Under the pieces are notes generated by a model that saw only the letters and a list, made by a program, of their open reading frames with translations, had not been told where the DNA came from and ran no database searches. This document shows positions 9,394 through 16,273 of a stretch of 64,000 bases of DNA, piece after piece. Both the position numbers and the translations under genes were made by a program. Source of the DNA: a virus (lineage: Duplodnaviria; Caudoviricetes); IMG/VR virus record IMGVR_UViG_3300021255_000109, positions 96,001-160,000 of that record; one strand, written 5' to 3'. The stretch's first letter is position 1, and each line of letters opens with the position of its first letter.

Positions 9394-9546
9394 CTATTTG
9401 TCAAGCCCTTTTTTCTTTTTTCTGACTTCTTTTATTTTGTCGATAATTGCAAACAAAATTATCATGACCGGCGGCTCAAAAATAACAAACAGAAGCAGAT
9501 AAACAAACGGATTATTATTTTCAAGTGCGCGTGCTATCGTAAACAT
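9394..9546 (-). CDS. Small membrane protein (50 aa; ends at TAG, with a TAA five codons later)
   Basis: MFTIARALENNNPFVYLLLF...; GAGG RBS. Confidence 0.5.
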   Translation of the reverse strand: MFTIARALENNNPFVYLLLFVIFEPPVMIILFAIIDKIKEVRKKKKGLDK

Positions 9547-9547
9547 C

Positions 9548-9709
9548 TTATTTATCCTCTCTTTCTTTTTCTCTTTCCAGTTTTTCGGATTCAAAATCCT
9601 CTTTACTGTAATATATCAGGGGCTGCCCGGTGCGGTATCTTTCTTCATCTTCTTGGAACATAATTTCCGCAAGTCGTTCAATTTTATTCATTTCTTCCCA
9701 TGCTTTCAT
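9548..9709 (-). CDS. Hypothetical acidic protein (53 aa, not in ORF track)
   Basis: MKAWEEMNKIERLA...; GGGAG RBS; promoter 9740-9768. Confidence 0.6.
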   Translation of the reverse strand: MKAWEEMNKIERLAEIMFQEDEERYRTGQPLIYYSKEDFESEKLEREKEREDK

Positions 9710-9764
9710 TTTGTTATCTCCCTTTCTCTTGATAGTTCTATTTTAACATACTCTCAGAAGCTTG

Positions 9765-9920
9765 TCAAGAGCTTTTTAAAAACTTGTATTTTTCTTTCCG
9801 GGTATAGCTTCCTTTCCCTTTGCGGTTTTGGATCTGTCCGCCTTTCTTCTTAAACTTGAGGTACTCCTGCAATTCCTCAGGAGTCATTTTAAACATCCGC
9901 CTTATTTTTGTATTTTTCAT
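9765..9920 (-). CDS. ArfA-like (alternative ribosome-rescue factor-like) small basic protein (51 aa, not in ORF track)
   Basis: MKNTKIRRMFKMTPEELQEYLKFKKKGGQIQNRKGKGSYTRKEKYKFLKSS contains the ArfA hallmark KGKGSYxRK; AAAGGAG RBS and own promoter 9951-9979. Confidence 0.6.
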   Translation of the reverse strand: MKNTKIRRMFKMTPEELQEYLKFKKKGGQIQNRKGKGSYTRKEKYKFLKSS

Positions 9921-10007
9921 TTGAAAAATCTCCTTTCCTCTGATGATTCTATCTTAGCACACTTTTGATCTGTTGTCAAGTGTTTTTTGATGGAAAGATT
10001 GAGTTTT

Positions 10008-10415
10008 TTATAACTCAATCTTTCCGCCTTTAACCTCAAGCCAAATCGCCTTATATCCGGCCTTCTCCCATTGTTTACAATTAGCTTTCTTATCATCGAC
10101 CAAAATCCCGGCCTCTCTGATATAGTCCACTTTATTGCCATGTCCTACGATTGCAATTATATTTTCAATCGGGATTTCAGGCAACATTTCAGCAAGCCAA
10201 TCAATTCTTGCTTGTTTAGTTATTTCGTTGGCTACTATTGTGTTTATGTAAACCTGTGCGCCGTGCGCTATCAGATTTTTGACTATCTGGACATTTTCCG
10301 TAAACGGCTTCAAATTTCTAATGAAGTTATAGGTTAAGGACTCTGCCCGGTTATCTTTATTGTATACGCTGTGGAAATCTGCGAGAACGCCGTCAACATC
10401 AAAGTAGTAAGTCAT
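10008..10415 (-). CDS. Second HAD-family 5'(3')-deoxyribonucleotidase-like protein
   Basis: YFDVDGVLADF...ILVDD...N...W; start at MTYYF. Confidence 0.8.
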   Translation of the reverse strand: MTYYFDVDGVLADFHSVYNKDNRAESLTYNFIRNLKPFTENVQIVKNLIAHGAQVYINTIVANEITKQARIDWLAEMLPEIPIENIIAIVGHGNKVDYIREAGILVDDKKANCKQWEKAGYKAIWLEVKGGKIEL

Positions 10416-10604
10416 TTTTTTTATCTCCCTTCTCTCATCTGACAAGTATAGTATATCAAACGCCCGGGCATTTGTCAATAGTTTTTTGAAAGAAAATTAA
10501 ATTCGCACAATTTGGCAAAAATTTGCCAATTGTATACACAATTTGAAAAACGGCCGAGGTCAATTGTCTGACAATTGACCCCCTTTCTTTTAATTGCGTG
10601 TCGA

Positions 10605-10802
10605 TTAGTAGAATTCTTCCTGCTCCTGTGCATAATAGAATCTTTCATCACACAGCGCCGGCATCCCGTTCCACAGCTTTTCTGGCTTCTCCTGATTGAT
10701 TCTGTTCGCATCTTGCTGGACTTTTGCCAGCGGCGCATTGCTTATATATGCCAGATAAGTTTCGCCAGTTTCAATTTCCTTATAGCACATCGTTCTAATC
10801 AT
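10605..10802 (-). CDS. Hypothetical early protein (65 aa)
   Basis: Start at MIRTMC after a GGGAG RBS; overlaps the upstream stop. Confidence 0.6.
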   Translation of the reverse strand: MIRTMCYKEIETGETYLAYISNAPLAKVQQDANRINQEKPEKLWNGMPALCDERFYYAQEQEEFY

Positions 10803-10993
10803 TTTAATTGTCTCCCTTCTCTGCAAATTCTTTCTTTGACCGTCCGGCCATTCTCAGCATTGTTTAATACAACATAAGCATGAGTATATTCAGCGCAAGC
10901 CCTATTAAATAGCTTTTCGGCTTCTTCTCTTGTTTCTACCTTGAAGCCATATCTCATGAAATTCACAGTAACATAGAACATTTTTTTGCCCAC
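10799..10993 (-). CDS. Hypothetical early protein
   Basis: AAAGGAG RBS; part of an operon. Confidence 0.6.
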   Translation of the reverse strand: MGKKMFYVTVNFMRYGFKVETREEAEKLFNRACAEYTHAYVVLNNAENGRTVKERICREGRQLK

Positions 10994-11001
10994 TCCTTTC
11001 T

Positions 11002-11265
11002 TTATAATGTGAAATCATCTATCGGCAGCTTCATAATTGTGATACCCTTATCTTCATCTATATAAGAGTATCCGAAGCTCTCTGCATCTCTCTCCTGCAC
11101 TTCACTCAGCACTTTTTCATAGTCAATATAATCATCGGTTTCATTATAGATTGCCTGCACCATGCGTGCCGCTTTTTCCGGAGTGCTTGCCAACCAGATA
11201 CCATCATCATCAAATCCATCATAGCGCACTACCCAAACCATCATCTTCGTATTAGCTTTCTTCAT
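11002..11265 (-). CDS. Hypothetical acidic protein (87 aa)
   Basis: AAGGAG RBS; promoter 11298-11326. Confidence 0.7.
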   Translation of the reverse strand: MKKANTKMMVWVVRYDGFDDDGIWLASTPEKAARMVQAIYNETDDYIDYEKVLSEVQERDAESFGYSYIDEDKGITIMKLPIDDFTL

Positions 11266-11360
11266 TGTTTTTTTCTCCTTTTCTCTGTTGTGCTTTTATT
11301 CTATCATATTTGCCCGGGCTTGTCAAGCCCTTTTTCAATTTTTTTTATAGGTGAGGGGAT

Positions 11361-11564
11361 TTAATCAATCCCCTCGCAGGTAACCTCTACGCAAAGGAAG
11401 ATAAAGGTCAGCTTCCAAAGCATCCGGGTTGTGAGGTCATAAACGAGGATTGCGCTTTCTGCGACTTCCTTGATTTCCAGACCTAACATCATATCCAGAG
11501 CGTCAAGCGCTTCATTCTCAGACATACCGCAGAAGATATCTTCCCAATCAGTTCTTTCAATCAT
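11361..11564 (-). CDS. Hypothetical early protein (67 aa)
   Basis: Start at MIERTDW; GAGGAG RBS; terminator hairpin about 11353-11375. Confidence 0.6.
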   Translation of the reverse strand: MIERTDWEDIFCGMSENEALDALDMMLGLEIKEVAESAILVYDLTTRMLWKLTFIFLCVEVTCEGID

Positions 11565-11658
11565 TTTCTTATCTCCTCTCTTGTATTGTGCCTTCATTAT
11601 AGCACCGATCTGTTGATTTGTCAAGTTTTTTTTAAAAATTTTTTTCGGTCGGGTTTCT

Positions 11659-11778
11659 TCAGCTCTCGCTGAAGAAAACCCTTTTGACTTCTGCGACTTC
11701 TTCCGGCTCTAACAGAGCCTTCAGAATGTCGTCGATAGATGCACCATATCTCAAAGCCTCATTTACACTAAAATCCAT
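11659..11778 (-). CDS. Hypothetical peptide (39 aa)
   Basis: MDFSVNEALRYG...; GAGGAG RBS; promoter. Confidence 0.45.
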   Translation of the reverse strand: MDFSVNEALRYGASIDDILKALLEPEEVAEVKRVFFSES

Positions 11779-11904
11779 TTTCTTATCTCCTCTCTGTTGG
11801 GGCTTCTCTCTTACCCCTTACACCTGTATCTTATCACCTTTGCCCGGGCTTGTCAAGCCCTTTTTCAATTTTTTTAAAAATTTTTTTGGCCGTTTGGGCT
11901 TGCA

Positions 11905-12099
11905 TTAGCAAGCCCTTACGATTTTCTTGAGCGCCACAAGCTTGAGATTCCAGTCGCAAGCCGTGAACACAAGACCGTATTTTGCAGCGTCCTGTCTGAT
12001 TTCGTCGGCGCGTCTTGTGGTTTCGTCGTCGCCAAAATCAAAACCGTTACTGTTCAGTCTGTAGAACTCATTAGCATTTTCAGAAGTAAGAATCATCAT
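11905..12099 (-). CDS. Hypothetical early protein (64 aa)
   Basis: GAGGAG RBS; promoter 12147-12175. Confidence 0.65.
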   Translation of the reverse strand: MMILTSENANEFYRLNSNGFDFGDDETTRRADEIRQDAAKYGLVFTACDWNLKLVALKKIVRAC

Positions 12100-12355
12100 T
12101 TTTTTAATCTCCTCTCTTTTGAGCTTCTCTCTTGCTCTGTGCCTTTATCTTATCACACTTGCCCGGGCTTGTCAAGCACTTTTTCAAATTTTTTTAAAAA
12201 ATTTTTTTGCCCTGTTTTTGGGCTTGCCTGATTGCCTTGCATCATCATAATAACACAAGCCTTTTTTGCTGTCAACAAAAATTTGCTTTTTTGCCTGTCA
12301 AAATATTGTACGGTTTTTGCATGTTTTTTGTGCATTTTTACTAACCTGTTTTTTC

Positions 12356-12457
12356 ACGAAAACGTTTTTGCTCATTTGAGCTTTACGAAAACGTTTTCGT
12401 TGATTTATCACAGCGAAAACGTTTTCGTTGACCATGTTTTTACGAAAACGTTTTCGC
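12356..12457. repeat. 4 x RCGAAAACGTTTTCGY palindrome, period 28-29 bp (LacI-family operator-like)
   Basis: Copies at 12356, 12385 (perfect 16-bp palindrome), 12413 and 12442. Confidence 0.85.
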
Positions 12458-12483
12458 TACAACAGCGAATTGATGAAAGTTGC

Positions 12484-12574
12484 TTGTTAAAATTTTAACA
12501 ATCTTTGCCCTGGAATCCGTCTAAACTTTTAAACGTTTAAGTTTGTAAACAATCGCTTGTTAAATTTTTAACAA
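12484..12574. promoter_or_regulatory. Two Rex-type operators TTGTTAA-N4-TTAACAA
   Basis: Perfect copies at 12484-12501 and 12557-12574; match the clostridial Rex consensus. Confidence 0.7.
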
Positions 12575-12589
12575 TCTCGGACAGAGGGT

Positions 12590-12722
12590 GAACGTATGTT
12601 CGGGCAGAATACCAGTTCGGTTAGTTAGTCTTAACTAACTGCCCGCACATTTGTTCGGTGAATGTATGTTCGGTTAGTTAGTCTGAACTAACCGCACACA
12701 TGTTCGCCCAAACGTTAGTTCG
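12590..12722. promoter_or_regulatory. Six LexA/SOS-box-like sites (GAAC-N4-GTTCG and variants)
   Basis: 12590 GAACGTATGTTC (perfect), 12607, 12645, 12660, 12694, 12710; further copies at 13453 and 13940. Confidence 0.65.
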
Positions 12723-13031
12723 GTTAGTTAGTCTAACCTAAGTTAGTTAGTCGTAACTAACTCACCGCTCCAATCGTCCGATTTATAGTTAGTTTAGATT
12801 AACTGAGTTAGTTAGTCGTAACTAACTCGCCCGTGCAAGAATTATTTTTAAATAATTGCACAATTTGATGAATTGTCTGACAATTTCCTAATTTTTTACC
12901 AATTGTGTACACAATTCGAGCAACGGCCGAGGCCGGTTGTCAGACAATTTAATCAATTGTGTTGCAATTGATTTACTGGATGAACTGGCGCTTTACTAAA
13001 AAAATTTTTTCATTTTTTTTGAAAAAAAGTA

Positions 13032-13060
13032 TTGACAAGACCGTTTTTATCGTTTATAAT
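13032..13060 (+). promoter_or_regulatory. Consensus sigma-A promoter
   Basis: TTGACA(13032)-17-TATAAT(13055) with upstream A-tract. Confidence 0.85.
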
Positions 13061-13093
13061 AGAGCCAAGAAAACAAGAGAGGAGATCAAAAAA

Positions 13094-13393
13094 ATGACAA
13101 GTCAGCACTACACCAACGACAGAGAGAGAAGAGAAGCCTTAATTCAGATGATCGGATACGGAGAGATCATCAAAACCGTGGAAATCGACAGAGGACATAG
13201 AAACGGCCCTGAGATCCACAAGGTCAGCACCACCGGAATCGTAACAATTTATAATAAGCGTTCCGGCGTAATGATAACCAAACTGATTGCCCGCCCGAAC
13301 CAAATTAGAAGATACTTCGAAGGCGGAAACGCTCCGGCTGAACTCTTAAACATTGCAAGAGATCACCAGCGTCTCGGATACAATGAAGCGTGA
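13094..13393 (+). CDS. Hypothetical protein (99 aa) embedded in the operator array
   Basis: GAGGAG RBS; start at MTSQHY; own promoter and terminator. Confidence 0.8.
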   Translation: MTSQHYTNDRERREALIQMIGYGEIIKTVEIDRGHRNGPEIHKVSTTGIVTIYNKRSGVMITKLIARPNQIRRYFEGGNAPAELLNIARDHQRLGYNEA

Positions 13394-13415
13394 AAACGCT
13401 TCATTGTATTTTTTT
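13380..13415 (+). terminator. Intrinsic terminator
   Basis: CAATGAAGCG-TGAAAA-CGCTTCATTG followed by a T-tract. Confidence 0.75.
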
Positions 13416-14280
13416 AGATAAAAGTAGTTAGTTAGTCTTAACTAACCAGCGCACACATCTGTTCGGTTAGTTAGTCTTAACTAACTCTTGTTCGTTTATT
13501 CTTTTAAACAGATTAGTTATAACTAACTGAGTTAGTTAGTCTTAACTAACCTAACTACATTCTTAGGTTTGTAGTTTAGTTAGTTAGTCATAACTAACTC
13601 TTGTGTTAGCTATTCCTAACTTAGTTAGTTTAAACTAACTAAGTTAGTTAGTCATAACTAATTCATTGCTTCTGTAATCTGTTTAGTTAGTTAGTCTTAA
13701 CTAACTCTTTTGGTCTAATCCTTGGTTAGTCCTAACTAACTTGATTAGTTAGTCTTAACTAACTCTCTTGTTTAACGATTAACCTTAGTTAGTTAGTCTT
13801 AACTAACTGTTTTGTTTAACGATTAACCTTAGTTAGTTAGTTGTAACTAACTCATTGCTTCTGTACTTTGTTCAGTGGTTAGTTAGTCGTAACTAACTCT
13901 TTGCTTGTGCGCTCTGTTGGTTAGTTAGCACTAACTAACGACCATTTGTTCGGTTAGTCATGACCAACTACGTCTCGTCTTGGCTACAGTTAGCCATGAC
14001 TAACTACAGTTAGTTAGTCTTAACTAACTCCATGCTCCAATCGTCTAATTTAATAAAAATGGTTAGTTTAGACTAACTCAGTTAGTTAGTCGTAACTAAC
14101 TCCGCTGTTCTGTGTTTAGATAAATAAAAATACTTGAGTTAGTTAGTCGTAACTAACTCAGTTAGTCATGACTAACTCAAACTACTATTTTTGTAGAATA
14201 GCAAGAATTACAAATAACTACAATCTACGTTTTTAGTTATTTAGTCAATTCATCAAATCAACTAAATAACTACAAAATTA

Positions 14281-14605
14281 GATTTGTCTGACAATTCGCA
14301 CAATTGTCAGACAAAACTACAACCTTAGATTTGTCTGACAATTCATTAAATTATCTGACAATTCTGAAAACTCCAATCGTCAGATAATTCACTAAATTGT
14401 CAGAAAATTCAGAAAATTCACGCAATTCAAAAGATTCAGAATTGTCAGACAATTTGGCGAGTTATCTGACAATTCTAATTGTGTAGAATTGTCAGACAAT
14501 TCACTGAATTGTCTGACAATTAATTGTGTACACAATTTAGGCAATTTTCTGACAATTCTACAAGCGTAGAATTGTCAGAAAATTTTCCGAATTGTCTGAC
14601 AATTG
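14281..14605. repeat. About 14 AATTGTC(A/T)GACAATT CodY-box-like palindromes
   Basis: Includes variants AATTTTCTGACAATT and AATTGTCAGAAAATT; closed by a GC hairpin at 14613-14639; a smaller cluster lies at about 12870-12950. Confidence 0.85.
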
Positions 14606-14644
14606 CGAAACTCGGCGCGCCTCGCCCGTGGGCGCGCCGACGCA

Positions 14645-15175
14645 GATGCTTTATTACCTTTGGTGTTCCTTTATATTCTGTCCTTATGTTATAATATGTT
14701 ATATTGTTATGTATGTTATGTTGTGTTATGTGTTTGTTCTTATTATTGTTATGTTTGTGTTCATTGAGTGTTGCTTTATTGCTGTTTATGTGTTTGTGTG
14801 TGTTGTGCCTTTGCTCTCTTTGTGTGTTTGTTGTGTCTCTGTGCTTGTGCTGATGTCCTTGCTGCCTGCATGCGCCCTTCGCGCACTCATTAATTGTGTG
14901 CTCTTGCTGTTATTATACTGTATTATACTGATGATGTCCTACATTCGTTTGATCTATTGTCATACTATTGGTCTATTGCTATTTGTGTCTACTGTATGTT
15001 TGCTAGTGCAATAGTACAACAGTGTGTATGTGTTTATCTCTTGTGCTTATTGTGCTGTGTGAATGTGTCTCTTGTGCGCTTGACCGTATTAGTATACTGC
15101 ATGTGTGATGCTATTATCTTTTCTACTCTTGTATTGTTATTGTGTATGTGTTTGCATTGTTAGTATTTGCTCTTG
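14645..15175. other. Non-coding, strongly T/G-skewed low-complexity tract
   Basis: TGTG/TGTT-rich + strand; overlapping ORFs are C/V/L-rich artefacts without an RBS. Confidence 0.7.
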
Positions 15176-15472
15176 TTTTAATAGACTCTATTAAATAAAA
15201 AGAAATGTATTCAACTAAAATAAGAGTTGAATACATTTCTATATTTATTTCACTTTATTTTGTTGTCAACAACTTTGTTGTATTGCTTTCTTCTATATTT
15301 CTTTTTCTGGGGATTTGTAGACGGTCTGTTGCAGGTACCTCGCGCGATCGCGCCAATAGACGTCTATAGGATTGTCAGATTTTTTCCAGATAGAAAACAA
15401 AAGAAAGCTAAGTGGGGGTGGGTTTTCGGGCAAAAAATTTTTTCGAACATGTGTTTTGATTTGGCCTGGTCA

Positions 15473-15590
15473 CAACTCTTTCAAAATGAATTTTCAATTT
15501 CAAGACACGAGCAACTCTTTCAAAACCAATTTTTAATTTCAAGACACGAACAACTCTTCCTAAATCGTTTTTTAAATTCAAGAAACGAAA
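15473..15590. repeat. 3 x 39-bp tandem direct repeat (CAACTCTT...TTCAAGA(C/A)ACGA)
   Basis: Units start at 15473, 15512 and 15551. Confidence 0.85.
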
Positions 15591-15594
15591 ATAC

Positions 15595-15996
15595 TTACTC
15601 ATCTCCATATAGTTGTCCAGAAATCCTCTTTCCCAAGTCCATACTGGAAACCACATCCCCAGAAGCCCATTTTACAGTTTCCGCATCTATCATATCATTT
15701 TCATCAATCCACTGTTTACATCTTAAAAACTTATACTGGCAATATCCTTCCAGATACTTCCCCAGTGTAAATCCTGCTCTTACTTCTGTGATAACGTCTT
15801 CCGTACTGCATAAATAGCTCTCAGAACCAATATGCTCACCGCTACCACCGCACATACTACACTCAATTTCTTCTCCATTTGCCGCAACTACTTCTCCTGT
15901 TCCATTACAATATTCACATTTCTCTACAACAGCTTTCAACTTTTTCCTATAAAACTTAATTACATCTCCAACATTATACTTCGTCTTAAAAACCAT
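15595..15996 (-). CDS. DnaJ-type CxxCxGxG zinc-finger protein
   Basis: CEYCNGTG...CSMCGGSG. Confidence 0.75.
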   Translation of the reverse strand: MVFKTKYNVGDVIKFYRKKLKAVVEKCEYCNGTGEVVAANGEEIECSMCGGSGEHIGSESYLCSTEDVITEVRAGFTLGKYLEGYCQYKFLRCKQWIDENDMIDAETVKWASGDVVSSMDLGKRISGQLYGDE

Positions 15997-16002
15997 TGCG
16001 CT

Positions 16003-16269
16003 TTACCTATTTTTTCCCAATAAATCTTGTAATTTTTGGGGAATTTCCTCACCAAGCTCCTCCAAAATTTCTTTACATGTCACATATTTTGACATATCTT
16101 CAGTATCTTCTTTAGATACGCAAATATACTTACCGCATGTTCCAAAAACAATTTCATCACCTGTTCCAATACCAAAACGATGTCTTAACCCGGAAGGAAT
16201 TGAAATCCTTCCGAGCGCATCAACTCTGCGCGAAATATTTTCTGGAACAACATCCATACTCACATTCAT
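16003..16269 (-). CDS. AbrB/MazE/SpoVT-family DNA-binding protein
   Basis: RRVDALGRISIP..LRHRFGI..GD.I.F matches the AbrB N-domain. Confidence 0.8.
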   Translation of the reverse strand: MNVSMDVVPENISRRVDALGRISIPSGLRHRFGIGTGDEIVFGTCGKYICVSKEDTEDMSKYVTCKEILEELGEEIPQKLQDLLGKNR

Positions 16270-16273
16270 GCGC

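Larger units (their letters stand above)
73..12275 (-). promoter_or_regulatory. Cluster of about 33 leftward sigma-A/sigma-70 consensus promoters, roughly one per small gene
   Basis: Seen on + strand as ATTATA-N17-TGTCAA, e.g. 73-101, 231-259, 1216-1244, 2569-2597, 4327-4355, 4898-4926, 5269-5297, 6140-6168, 6862-6890, 7463-7491, 11596-11624. Many have an extended -10 TG and upstream A-tracts. Confidence 0.9.
12619..14178. repeat. About 28 copies of (A/G)GTTAG-N6-CTAAC(T) palindrome in two blocks flanking the gene at 13094
   Basis: About 6 copies at 12623-12827 and about 22 at 13428-14178, often as AGTTAGTTAGTCTTAACTAACT; the 6-bp spacer varies while the arms are conserved. Confidence 0.9.

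Noticed and set aside
9379-9396. Evidence of recoding in the early region
   Set aside because: This single TAG ends a small gene with a TAA five codons later; it is compatible with either code.
204-12498. + strand ORFs in the early region (e.g. 4495, 6984, 8109, 9202)
   Set aside because: Antisense shadows of minus-strand genes that have promoters and RBSs.
13428-14178. Tyrosine-recombinase (dif/lox-like) sites, given the 6-bp spacer
   Set aside because: Arms are only 5-6 bp, spacers differ between copies and no recombinase is present; protein operators fit better.
12619-14605. CRISPR array
   Set aside because: Repeats are short palindromes with variable centres and irregular spacing; there are no constant-length unique spacers and no cas genes.
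14592-15817. + strand ORFs 14592-15014, 14894-15163 and 15227-15817
   Set aside because: Products of TG-rich low-complexity DNA and the 39-bp repeats; no RBS and implausible composition.
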